Source: Patescibacteria group bacterium (GTDB lineage Bacteria; Patescibacteriota; Minisyncoccia; UBA6257; JAKLIH01). Taken from it: a DNA stretch of 64,000 nt. The notes under the pieces are model-generated. The model was not told the DNA's origin and searched no databases. It saw only the letters and a program-made list of their open reading frames with translations. The stretch spans positions 64,225 to 128,224 of the forward strand of contig JAKLIH010000001.1 in assembly GCA_022709715.1 (NCBI GenBank). The letters run 5' to 3'. A program made the position numbers and the translations under genes. Below, one piece after another: positions 40,974 through 53,530 of this stretch (its first letter is position 1; every line of letters starts with the position of its first letter).

Positions 40974-41149
40974 AATTTAAAAACCAGCCAAACCAATGTG
41001 GCTGGTTTTTAAATTAAAAAATGATAATAAATTTGAATGGGTTAAACAGGCTTTGACTGTTGACAAAAATTTATTTCTGTTATAGTATATAGATAGATAA
41101 ATCCATTTGGTCGGATTATCTGAATTAATAAAAGTTATAATAGAATAAC

Positions 41150-41479
41150 ATGGAACAACATACTGATTTGGTTGTTTTGGAAACTATTTTGAAAAGCATT
41201 GTGAGCAATCCAAATGCGGTGAAAATAGATCGCCAAATTGACGAAAGAGGAGTTTTGTTAACCGTTGATGTTGACCCAGCTGATATGGGGCACTTAATCG
41301 GACGACAAGGCAGAACCATTCAAGCCATTAGAACTCTTATAAAAATTGTTGGTGCGAAAAATCAAGCTCGTATCAATATTAAGATTCCTGGCTCACAAGA
41401 CAATGGTGGTTACCAACATAGCGACCGATCATCAAGTGGGGACAGAGTATCTGATGCTTTAGATGATTTGAAAATTTAA
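41150..41479 (+). CDS. KH-domain RNA-binding protein (YlqC/UPF0109-like) with C-terminal tail
   Basis: LIGRQGRTIQAIRTL GXXG motif; conserved position after rpsP. Confidence 0.85.
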   Translation: MEQHTDLVVLETILKSIVSNPNAVKIDRQIDERGVLLTVDVDPADMGHLIGRQGRTIQAIRTLIKIVGAKNQARINIKIPGSQDNGGYQHSDRSSSGDRVSDALDDLKI

Positions 41480-41565
41480 TTTACAATAAACAAAAGAGGT
41501 GGTTTACCACCTCTTTTTTTTATGCTAATTATATGCTAAAATTGATAAAACTTTATTAAATACTC

Positions 41566-42726
41566 ATGAAACAATTTATTTCTATATTAAAGATAATGGT
41601 GGCTTTTATTTTAATGATTATAGGTATGTGACTTTTTGATTATCTCAAGGATCACACAAAAAATGTTTATATCGAAACTAGGCCAGAATACAATATAAAT
41701 AATATTTGGCAAAAACCAAATTCAGATCTCAAAACACAAATATATACAACTCCAATTAGTTATGTACTCAACGATGAACGAAGCATTTTGATCGATCTTA
41801 CAAATATGAATTTATTTTTATTAAAATCGGGAGAAATATATAAAACTATAAAAGTATTGCATAAAGGACCAAGTAATTTATGATTTCAATCACCAACCAA
41901 TTATTTTAACGTGGGGGTTAAATATAAATTACTTAAATCTGGCATTGTTAATGTTTATATGCCTTATTCGGTGCAGATTCATCAAGATTTCTTTGTTCAT
42001 GGCATCCCTTATTTTCCCAATGGTGAACGAGTAAATAGCCAGTATAGTGGTGGTTGTTTGAGAGTTAGTGATGAAAATGCAAAAATTATATATGACTTTT
42101 CAAAAAGAAATGATAAAATCATTGTTTTCGAAACAGCCATAAAAAATGAAAATATAAAACCAGGATTTTATAATCCCATTGATTCAAACCATTATTGAGT
42201 TCGACAAAGTTTTAACAGTCCATTAAAAATTAATAATCAATATTTGCAACATGCCGGTATTGATATGTCGACTAAAGAGGCGGAAAATGTAAAATCAATA
42301 TATGCTGGCGAAATAGAAAATATTATTTTGACTGGCGATAATGATTTTGGTTTTGGCAATACTGTGATTGTTAAACATCAAATTGATGAACAAACTGTTT
42401 ATAGTTTATACGCTCATTTAGAAACAGTTGATAAAAATATTTTGATCGGTCAAAAAATTAATGGCGGAACAATATTAGGAAAAACTGGCGCTAGTGGTTA
42501 TGGTTGTCAAAACTATTGACGGCTGGAAAGTGACGGCTGTAACGCTAGTGATTATTTGGATCGTCATTTACATCTAGAAATAAAAACTAAACCAGTTTTA
42601 ATTAATAGTGAAGGTAATAATGATTGCCAACAAAAAAATGGTCAGTTAGGACCTTGTTTTGGCTATGCACCAAAAAATCCTTTAAATTATGGTTATATTA
42701 ACCCAATAAAATTTTTAACAAATTAA
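41566..42726 (+). CDS. L,D-transpeptidase (YkuD) - M23 peptidase fusion protein
   Basis: HGIP...SGGCLRV and HAGIDM...YAHL...HLHLEIK motifs; three pieces via TGA. Confidence 0.8.
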
Positions 42727-42727
42727 T

Positions 42728-43420
42728 ATGAAAAAAATAAAAACTTTTAATATTTTAACGATTTATCCAACTATTTTTGATTCTTATTTTAATTTAGCTT
42801 TAATTAAAAAAGCCATCGATAAAAAAATAATCAAAATTAAAATTCATAATTTAAGAGATTATAGTGTAGATAATTATAAATCGGTTGACGATCGACCTTA
42901 TGGTGGAGGGGCGGGTATGATTATGAGATTGGATATTATTTTTAAAGCGATTAAAAAAATTTTAAAAAATGGCAAAACTAAAAGCCATATTATTGTTTTT
43001 TCAGCTAAAGGAAAAGTTTTAACCCAACAAAGTTTGGAAAAATGAAAAAAATATGATAATCTAACTTTAATTTGTGGACGATTTGAGGGTATTGATCAAC
43101 GCGTTGTTGACAAAATCGCCGATGAAGAAGTTTCTATTGGCGAATATGTTTTGGCCGGTGGAGAGATACCCGCCATGATTGTTGTTGAAGGCATAGCTAG
43201 ATTACTCAAGGGAGTGCTTGGCAATATCGATTCTTTAAAAGAAGAATCGCACAATCAAAAAGGAATAATGGAAGCTGGACAATATACTCGCCCGGAAAAA
43301 TTTTACCCACAAATAAAAAATAAAAAATTGGTTTGAGGCGTACCTAAAATTCTTTTATCGGGCAACCATAAAGCCATTGCTGAATACCGTAATCAAAAAA
43401 CAAAAATAAATAAAAAATAA
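42728..43420 (+). CDS. trmD: tRNA (guanine37-N1)-methyltransferase
   Basis: [11 protein letters not shown] and [11 protein letters not shown] motifs. Confidence 0.9.
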
Positions 43421-43424
43421 TTCT

Positions 43425-44954
43425 ATGAACGTTTTACAAAATATTGCTTTTTCAATTATCAATCTTACACCTCCTTGATTTTTTAATTTGTTAAATTTTT
43501 CATCCTGATTTTGAGTTCAGGTGTTTACCGGGCTATCGATAGTATTTATAATCAGAATGGTTTATGTTTTTTTGAGTACCAAATCAAGATTCGCTAAAAC
43601 TGGTAAAACTTCTTCAGCCCAACTAGCTAATTTAATAAAAGAAAAAAATACGGTTTATCCAAAATTTTCAATTATTGTGCCCGCTAGGAACGAAGCTGAT
43701 GTTGTAGAAAAAACCATCAAAAAATTAATCCAATTGGATTATCCAAAAGATAGGATGGAAATAGTTATTATTACTGATCAAAAAGAAAAGTTGAATAATC
43801 CGGATAACAAAATTACCACTCAAGAGGTCATTCAAAAAGTTCAGCAAGAATTGAGCGATCAACCAGTAAAAATTTATCATTTAGATGTTCCTTATAATTT
43901 TGATGGGTTGTTCAAGGGAAAACTAATGGAGTATGAAATAAAATCAACCAAGGGTAGAGCTTTAAATTATGCTTTTACGGAAATGTTTGATCATTTTAAT
44001 CAGAACACCGACTTTTTTGCTTTTTTTGATACCGATGATCATCCTGATAAACGCTGTTTAATTGAAGTGGCCAGAGAAAATATATTGCACCCACATAAAA
44101 ATGTGTTTCAGTTGCCAATTTTTCAATGTCGAAATTTTTGACAAATTTCAACTTTTTGTAAAATCATCGCCTTAGGCCAATCTTTTTCTCATGAAATATT
44201 TTTGCCTTGAGTGTTAACTTGATTACCATTTTTGGGTGGAACTAATTTGTTTATACAAAAAGATGTTTTATTTCAAGTTGACGGATTTAATTATAATTCT
44301 ATAACCGAAGACCTGGATTTGGGCATTACAATATATTTAAAAACCGGCAATTGACCATATTATTTGCCATTAGCTTCAACCGAACAAACTCCGGATAATG
44401 TTAAGGCCTATTTAAAACAACGCCATAGATGAGCTTTGGGGCAACTAGAAGTTATAAATCATTTAAAAGCCCAGAAAAAATTAAAAACCCCGATTGGCAA
44501 AAAATCAAAAATATTATATTATAAATTAAGTGTTTATGGACCAACCGAATGGGTTGTTTATTTCTTGGCTACAATTTTAAGTATGGTGGTTCTACTTACA
44601 CGACTGTTAAGAACTATTGTCGTTATAATTGGCATGCAACAAGTAATTAATTTCTTCTCAATATCATTATTAATAAAGGAACTGTTTATCTCGATTTTTA
44701 CTTACGCCGGTATGCCAATGATCGTCTTCTCGTTGTTTTTACTATTACACTACAATCGTTATATTGAGTATAAAGAAAGCGATTGAGCTATTTGTAAAAA
44801 GTTTTTAAAGTTTTTAGCGGAAACTTCATTAATTATACCTTTTATGGTGGTTTTGTATCCTTGACCATTCTTCTCGGCATTTTTCAAATATATAACCGGC
44901 TACTATCGCAATCGTGAATTAACCTGAGTTAAAACGCCAAGGACTAGGGAGTAA
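43425..44954 (+). CDS. family 2 glycosyltransferase with multiple TM segments
   Basis: VPARNE, FFDTDD and a QRHRW-like motif (Trp as TGA); many TGA. Confidence 0.75.
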
Positions 44955-45166
44955 GAAAAAGAGTAATACCCACCACGACCAACCAGAGGTTGGTGTGGAG
45001 GCTAGCAATTGTAAAGAGTAAGAAGTAATTTGGAAATACAAAAATAGCCCTAACGGGCTATTTTTTTGTCTTTAATAAGTTTTAGGTTTTTAATTAAATA
45101 CCACTGTTGTATTTTATTTATTTTTTTGTTAAAATATCAGGGTAATAAATATTAAAAGTTATCTTT

Positions 45167-45811
45167 ATGATTATTAATTGATTCGATCATTCTTTTTTTA
45201 AGATAGAAACTCAAAACAAAATTATCGCCATCGATCCATTTAATGAAGAAAAATTAGGTAATAAACCATCCCGTTTTAAAGCCGATATAGCTTTATCAAC
45301 TCACGATCATCCCGGGCACAATAATATTGATTTAATTATGGGCTCACCCTTTATTTTAAACACACCGGGTGAAATTGAATTTAATGGTGTGTTTATTAAA
45401 GGTATAGATACTTATCACGATAATGATGATGGCACAAAATTTGGGAAAAATACAATTTTTATAATCGATAGTGAAAATATTAGGCTGGTTCATTTAGGTG
45501 ATTTTGGCGAGAAAAAAATAAAAGATGATTTATTAGAAAAAATTGGTAGCGTTGATATCTTATTAATTCCTATTGCGTCTAAATATCGAACTCAACCAAT
45601 TGAAGAGGCAATTAATATTATAAAACAAATTGAACCAAGAATAATTATTCCTATGCACTATGGATCATCCCAAGATAAAAATGATTTAGAAAAATTTATT
45701 AAAGAAATTGGTTTACCTCCAGAAAAAATGGAAAAATTAAACATTAAACGCAATAACATTAGTGATGACGAAGATGCTCAAATGCAATTAATCGTTTTAG
45801 AAAATAATTAA
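45167..45811 (+). CDS. MBL-fold metallo-hydrolase
   Basis: INWFDHS (Trp as TGA), THDHPGH motif. Confidence 0.75.
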
Positions 45812-45822
45812 AATTATTTATA

Positions 45823-48800
45823 ATGGATGAAAAAACAAAAAAAATTGATAATCAACATGATCAAATTATAGCTTGCGATATTAGCCAAGAATTAAAAGAA
45901 TGCTATATTGATTATGCCATGTCCGTAATTGTGGCAAGAGCTATACCTGATTGCCGAGATGGTTTAAAGCCAGTACAAAGAAGAATTCTTTATTCTATGA
46001 AAGAGCTAGGTATGGCACCAAACACAAAATTTAAGAAGAGTGCATTAATCGTTGGTCATGCTATGGGTAGATATCATCCTCATGGCGATATGGCTATTTA
46101 TGATACATTAGTTAGAATGGCCCAGCCATTTTCTTTAAGATATATGTTGGTTAATGGTCAAGGCAATTTTGGATCAATCGACGGCGATCCAGCAGCAGCC
46201 CAAAGGTATTGCGTAACCGGAGATAGCTTAATTCTGACTAGTAAGGGATTAATAGAAATTGGTTCTATTTCAAATAAAAGAGAGACAAAGATCGATTTGA
46301 ATATATCTAATTTCCAAAGTAAAAAAGTTAAAGCTGATAAGTTTTTTAATTCTTGAAAACATCCTACAATAACAATAAAGAATAAAATGGGATATGAAAT
46401 TACTGGTTCATATAACCATCCTGTTCTTTGCTTGGAAAAGAATGTTGAGCAAAAACCGACTTTGGTTTGAAAAACATTAGAAGAAATCAAGAAAGGGGAC
46501 TATACAATAATAAATCGAAGTTCCAATTTATTTAGTGATACAAATTGTGATTTAACACAATATTTTCCGCAACAAAACAATAGGCGTGATAAAATTACTT
46601 TGCCTAAAGTAATGACAAAAGAATTGGCTTTTATATTAGGAGCGTTGGTGTCAGAAGGATCGTTTCATCAAGGAAATATATTATTTATTAATAAAGATAT
46701 CAACTATTATAATACAGTTAAAACATTGCTGAAAAAGGTATTCCCAGAAATTAAAATTTACGAGAGACAGCTATCGAAATGCAAGTCATGAGAAATGACT
46801 ATATATCAACGCTATTTAGTAGAATTCTTTATTAACATTGGGTTAACTAATGTGAAATCACACCAAAAAGAAATCCCAAGTACAATTTTAAGGTCTCAAA
46901 AAGAAATAATTGCAGAATTTTTAAAATCTTTATATGAATGGGACGGGGGTGTTGTTTATAGACAAGACAAGAGACATGGTGGCGAGTGTATATGCATAGA
47001 TTATGATTCTAAAAGCAATAAATTAATTAAACAATTGAAAATATTATTGTTGAATTTTGGTATTGCAACTGCTAAACCCATTAGAGATAAAAGAAACGAA
47101 TGCATGAAGCTTGAGATTAATGGACAAAATAATTGTTATATCTTTAAAAATACTATTAATTTCTTTTCAGAACATAAAAGAAGTATTTTATCTAAGATAG
47201 ATGGGATTAACAATAACAGAATGTCTAAGAATGATTTTGTGCCATTTCTTAATGATTATTTAAGAGCTAATTACCCACAAACATTTATTAAAAAACATAA
47301 TCTGGATCGATATAATAAATTGCAATTAAATTATTGAACAATTAAATCGTTATTAACGCAAAGCGATCAGGTTTTGATTGAAAATATTCTAAAATATAAT
47401 TTTCTTTTTTCTCCAGTTGAGGAAAAAATTAAAAATCGGAAATCGGAAAATGTTTATTCTATACGAGTTGCAAATGAATGTCATTCTTTTGTCGCCAATG
47501 GCTTTGTAAATCATAATACGGAGTGCCGAATGATGCCATTAGCCGAACAAATGTTTGAAGATATTGAAAAAGAAACAGTTGAATTTGTGCCTAATTATGA
47601 CAATAATTTAAAAGAGCCAAAAGTGCTACCAACAAAGTTCCCTCAATTATTGTTAAACGGTACTACCGGTATTGCTGTGGGTATGGCCACAAATATCCCG
47701 CCTCATAACTTGAGCGAATGTATGGATGCGGCCATATTTTTAGCTGATAATCCAGATTGTAATACTGATGATTTAATGCAATTTATAAAAGGCCCGGATT
47801 TTCCAACTGGTGGCACGATTTATGGTTGAAATGAAATAAAAGAGGCCTACAGCACTGGCAAGGGAAAGGTTTTAATCAGAGGTACAGCTGAAATTATGGA
47901 AAATGGTAATACCAACCAAATTGTTATTACTGAAATTCCTTATATGGTTAATAAATCCGAATTAATTAAAAAGATTGCCGGATTAATTGAAGACAAAAAA
48001 ATTATTAATATCAAAGATATTCGCGACGAATCAGATAAAAATGGTTTAACTATTACTATTGATCTTAAAAGGGAAGCTAACCCTAAAAATATTTTAAACC
48101 AATTGTATAAATATACTGATTTAGAAAAATATTTTCATGTTAATTCTATTGCTTTAATTGACGATGGTTTGCAACCGGAATTATTATCATTGAAAGACAT
48201 GCTCAATGAGTTTTTGAGTTTTCGAAAAAATGTTGTCTTCCATCGAACTCAATTTTTACTACGTAAAGCTAAAGAAAGATTACATATTCTTGAAGGTTTA
48301 AAAACAGCCTTAGATCATATTGATGAAATTATTGATATTATTAAAAAATCCGAAAATAAAGAAGATGCCAATTTAAAACTTTGCAAGAGATTTAAATTTA
48401 CAGAAATTCAAGCCAACGTCATTTTAGAAACAAAGCTTCAAGCTATTGCTAAGTTGGAAAAAATGAAAATTTTAGACGAGCTTAAGGCGAGAAAAAATGA
48501 AATTGATGATTACGAAATGACTTTAAAAGATCAGAAAAAAGTTATAAAAATTGTTAAACAAGAATTTGCTGAAATTAAAGAAAAGTTTGGCGATATTCGT
48601 CGCACTAAACTAGTAAAGGGCATGCCCGATAAAATTGAAGAAGCCGATTTAATACCGGATGAAAACGTTTTAATTACTATGTCCCAAAATGGCTATATAA
48701 AAAGAATGAATTCAAATATTTTTAGAACCCAACAACGAGGCGGTAAAGGTATTATTGCCTATAATGCTGGCGACAATGATGTACTCGAGCATATATTAAA

Positions 48801-49593
48801 TGTAAGCACAAAAGATAATTTATTGTTCTTCTCAGATCGAGGTAAAGTATATCAAACTAGCGCTTACGATATTAATGATGGTTCTCGAGAATCAAAAGGT
48901 AAAGCCATTCAAAATTTCATTGACATTACATCGGATGAAAATGTTTCGGTTGTGCTTGGTTATAATCAAGAAATGACAAAGTCAAATAAATATTTGATTA
49001 TGGCCACTAAAAATGGCGTGATTAAAAAAACCGAATTAGAAGAGTTTAAAAACATTAGAAAGAATGGGTTACTATCAATAAAATTAGATAGAGATGATTT
49101 ATTAAAATGAGCTGATTTTTCATCCGGCGATGATTTAGTTTGCTTAATAACAAAGCAAGGTCAATCAATTACTTTCTCAGAAAAAGATGTAAGATCAATG
49201 GGCAGATCAAGCTCGGGCGTTACTGGCATTAAACTAGGTAAGGAGGATGAAGTTGTTGGTATGATGGTAATCAAAAAATCATCCAACAAATCAGTTGACG
49301 CAATTGTTTCTTTGAGCCAATTTGGTTTTGGCAAAAAAACCGCCATAAAAGAATATCGAATACAAAAACGAGGTGGTAGTGGTATAAAAAACTTTAAAGT
49401 CACAACTAAAACTGGATTGTTAGTATCTAGCAAATTGGCTAATACCCAAGAAATATTAATAACTATATCTAAAAATGGTTTAATTCTACAAACCGAATTA
49501 AGCGCCATTCCTTGTTTAAGCCGCACAACCCAAGGGGTTAGAATTATGAAACTGGATGAAGGCGATCAGGTATCGGAAATAGTGTTATTATAA
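45823..49593 (+). CDS. gyrA: DNA gyrase subunit A (precursor containing an intein)
   Basis: single frame across 9 ORF pieces; extein motifs [15 protein letters not shown] / TE..., [14 protein letters not shown]. Confidence 0.95.
46210..47517 (+). mobile_element. GyrA intein (436 aa) with LAGLIDADG homing-endonuclease domain
   Basis: Starts with Cys right after the catalytic Tyr (RY|C) and ends VNHN|T. Splicing blocks [10 protein letters not shown] and VYSIRV...[21 protein letters not shown]-like [12 protein letters not shown] and [13 protein letters not shown]. Confidence 0.9.
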
Positions 49594-49647
49594 TTGTTTA
49601 AAAATTATTTTTGTGTTATAATAAAAATTAAGAGTTAATTAATTTTT

Positions 49648-50181
49648 ATGGAAAACCTTGTCAATTTCAATGAATTGCTAAATAAAATGCCATGATGAGA
49701 TGGTATGAGTATTGCTGATTTTGGATCCGGCTCAGGTATTTTTACAATTGAAATGGCTAAACGATTAAATCCAGGTAGTCATATTTTGGCAATTGATGTT
49801 TTAGAAAAACCATTGATGTTTTTATTTGAAAATGCCAAGCGTAACAATGTGGCTCACATCATAACTACAAAAGTCTGCGATTTAGAAAATAAGACCTTGG
49901 GATCTAGTTTTCAAGAATCATTTGATATAGTCACGATCATCAATGTCTTATTTCAAATAAAAAACAAAGGGGGAATTATTAAAGAAGTTAGAAGAGTTTT
50001 AAAAACTAATGGGTTTTTAGTAGTAGTGGACTGAGAAATTTATAAAATTCCTTTAAATGATAAATTATATCCAGTTAAACAAGATGATTTGATAAAAATC
50101 ATTGAATCTTTTGGTTTAACCTTAAAAGAAAAAATTAAATTATCCAATACTCATTTTGGTATGATTTTTATAAAATCTTAA
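49648..50181 (+). CDS. class I SAM-dependent methyltransferase
   Basis: DFGSGSG motif I; tandem TGA-TGA near the N-terminus (MPWWDG). Confidence 0.75.
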
Positions 50182-50191
50182 AAAATATATT

Positions 50192-51493
50192 ATGTTAAAA
50201 GATATTTGGACAAAATATAATAAAATAATCATTGGCGGAGCTATAATTTTGATAATTATATTTGGGTCTTCAGTTTTTACACTTTTTCGTCGACCGATAA
50301 AGTTAACAGTGTGGGGAAGTAATTTATCTAGTGAAGAATTTGATTTGTTAACAGCTAGTATAAAGCCTAAATCGGGAAATGTTATCAAATTTGAATATAC
50401 CGAAATTGAATCAGAAAAATACGAAAAAACGATACTTGAATCTTTTATTAATTCTGAGAGTCCAGATATTTTTTTAATTACTGATGATCAAATTGGTAAA
50501 TTTAAAAAGCTAATCTCGCCGTTATCTTTAGAAGATAAAAATTATAATTTAGCTAATCTCAAAAAAGATTACCCGACAATTATAGTTGATAATGCAGTAA
50601 TTGATAACAATCTTTATGTGTCTCCAATAACTATCGATAGTTTAGCGATGTATTATAATCGTAATATATTTGATAGTTTGTCGATTGCTAATCCACCAAA
50701 AACTTGAAATGAATTATTGGCATTAATCCCCGATATGAGACAACTCGATACTTACAATCGAATCGTGCGGGCTCCCGTGGCTATGGGTTTGGGAGATGAT
50801 ATTAATAATAGCGCTGATATGCTGGCGTTGTTGATCATGCAATTTAATGGTCAAATTGTTGATGCTGAAAATCAGAAATCATCGTTATTGATAAGAACAA
50901 AATTTAACAATAAATATATTCTCGCCGGCGAAGAAGCTCTAAAATTTTATACTCAATTTTCACAATCTAATAATCAATACTATTCTTGAAATCAATCTTT
51001 TGGAAATGATTTAACGGCTTTTGCTAACAATAAACTGGCTATATATTTTGGCTACAAATCCGATAAAGATCAAATTGAAAAGAAAAATGCCAATCTTAAT
51101 TTTGATGTTGCCGAAATGCCACAAATTTTATCTAACAATAGTGTCAATTTTGGTAAATTTATGGGATTAACAGTATCGTCTCAATCAAAAAACGCCATGG
51201 TAGCTTGAGAAGCAATCAAACTAATGACCGAAGCTAAGAATATAAAATCATTGATAGACGAATCTAAATTACCACCAGCTAATCGACAATTAATTAGTGA
51301 ATATCTTAGCGATCCAGATATTGGTATTTTTGCCAAACAATCATTAAACAGTAAAACTTATTTTCATCCAGATACCACTTTAACTAAAAATGCTTTTGTA
51401 TTAGCCATTGATTCCATTCGCTATAATCAGGATTATGAAAATGCCATTCGAGTTTTGCACCAAAGTTTAACAAACATTTTTTATAACAATTAA
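50192..51493 (+). CDS. extracellular solute-binding protein (family 1-like) with N-terminal anchor
   Basis: three pieces in frame via TGA; SBP-like pattern. Confidence 0.65.
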
Positions 51494-51495
51494 AT

Positions 51496-52017
51496 ATGCC
51501 AAAACTTAAAAGATTGCTAATTACTATATTATTAATGATACTGTTACCAAGCGGAATATTGTTGCAAGCTCAGGGATTGGTGCCATGTGGTTTAACTGAA
51601 AATGATATGTGCACTATTTGTGATTTGGTGGTATTATTTCAAAATTTATTAAATTTATTTGTGACTAAAATATTGTGGTTTATTGCTTTAGGTATGATAC
51701 TCTATGCTGGTTTTATAATTATTACTGGTTCTGAAAATAATAAGAAAAACGGTTATGATTTAATAAAAAGAGTATTAATTGGTTTAGCCATTGTGCTATT
51801 ATCTTGAGTGATAATTAATACTTTTATTTATATTGTGGCCCCGAATTATGTGGATCCAATGACAGGTGAAAAATTACAAAATAGTTGAAATAAAATTAAT
51901 TGCAATAGTTATGACAATGTAATTCAAAGCAATCAATCGAGTACAAGTGGGGATGGTGGTAATATGACTGGCGGTGGCGGAGATGGAGGAGGAGGAAGTG
52001 GTGGTGGTTTTCATTAA
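51496..52017 (+). CDS. VirB2/TrbC-like pilin-family small membrane protein, paralog 1 (Gly-rich tail)
   Basis: signal peptide, two TM helices flanking a short polar loop (TGSENNKKNG). Confidence 0.6.
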
Positions 52018-52042
52018 AATTAATTAAAAAATAAATAAAAAT

Positions 52043-52468
52043 ATGAAAAAAATACTTTTACTAATTATATTGTCTTTATCTATTTTAGCCAATGTTAATA
52101 TAGTAATGGCTCAAACAGCGGCTACAACTACGAATGATTTTGTGGTATTAGAAAATCCAGTGGGAGCTGGAAATATTTGAGCAATTGTTAATAGAGCCAT
52201 AAATCTGTTGTTCACAGTTTCTTTATATGCGGGACTGGTGTTAATTATTTGAGCTGGTTGAGTGTTGATAACTTCGCAGGGTGATTCTGGAAAAACCAAA
52301 GATGCCACCAAGATTATAACTTCGGTTTTAATTGGTATTGCGGTTATATTATTGGCTAGATTCATCATTTCAACCGTTTATTATATTGTAACTGGTAATC
52401 CTGGAGGGGTGCCGGATTTAAACAATACGAAAACTACTTTTCACTGATTATTAAGTAATTTTATCTAA
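52043..52468 (+). CDS. VirB2/TrbC-like pilin-family protein, paralog 2
   Basis: signal peptide; TSQGDSGKTKDA loop between two TM helices. Confidence 0.6.
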
Positions 52469-52555
52469 ATAGCCGTTAAGTAGTTGCTTTTTTAAAAAAA
52501 ATTATATATAATAATAGTAATTTAAAAGGTCGTAATAAAAAATTAAATGTTTTTT

Positions 52556-52939
52556 ATGAAATTTTTAAAAAGTTTTGCTATCGGTTTGTTAATTTTATCA
52601 TTACCATTGGCGGGGCTAGCTCAAGAGGCCTGATTAGATGAAATGCCCAACTATATGGAAAGTGCTCCGGACGCAAATAGTTTTAATATATTTAGCTTTA
52701 TTAACAAGCTTATCAATTGATTGTTTTATGCTTTATTAGTTGTAGCGCTGGTTATGATTTTAATGGTTGCCTATACCTATATAACGGCTGGAGGAGAATC
52801 GGATAAAACTTCTAAAGCCGGGAAGAATTTAGGTTTTATATTATTTGGTATTGCTATTGCCTTATTAGCTAAAGGATTGATTTATTTAACGTGTTTAATC
52901 GTTGGCAGCTCAGAGATTTGTACATTCAAATTTAATTAA
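52556..52939 (+). CDS. VirB2/TrbC-like pilin-family protein, paralog 3
   Basis: ITAGGESDKTSKAGKN loop; LLAKGLIYL helix shared with paralog 4. Confidence 0.6.
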
Positions 52940-52967
52940 AAATTTAATAAAAATTTAAATAAAATAT

Positions 52968-53330
52968 ATGAAAAGATTTTTGTCTATTTTTATGTTGGCA
53001 CTATTGGTTTTGCCATTAGGTGTATCGGCTATACCTGAAGCACCTTCTAAATTACCGGAGACTTTTGCTACAACAGATGATTTATTTAACTATATTCGTA
53101 TTGCTCTTAATTGGATTTTTTATGCGTTACTAGTATTAGCTTTGTTCTACATTTTGCTTATTGCCATCAATTATGTGACTCAAGGTGGTAGTGGCGGAGC
53201 TGACAGTGTTAAGGATAATGGTAAAAAGTTATCGTATATTCTTTTGGGTATTGCATTAGCTTTAATTGCTAAAGGATTAGTTTATGTAGTTTGTTATTTA
53301 GTATCCGGAGCCGGATATTGCAAATACTAA
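52968..53330 (+). CDS. VirB2/TrbC-like pilin-family protein, paralog 4
   Basis: VTQGGSGGADSVKDNGKK loop; terminator at 53342-53372. Confidence 0.6.
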   Translation: MKRFLSIFMLALLVLPLGVSAIPEAPSKLPETFATTDDLFNYIRIALNWIFYALLVLALFYILLIAINYVTQGGSGGADSVKDNGKKLSYILLGIALALIAKGLVYVVCYLVSGAGYCKY

Positions 53331-53530
53331 CAATAAATTTTAAAAAGCCAACTTGAATAAAGTTGGCTTTTTAAGATAATGATTAAATGGTTTGGGGTCA
53401 ATGCGTACATTGTCTCGCTTCGCGAGCTACTTACCACTAACTTTTGTCAGGGGTTTTAAATTTGTAAAAAAGATAGAAAGTTGATATAATAAATATAATA
53501 AAAAGATAATTAATTTAATAGAATACAATT

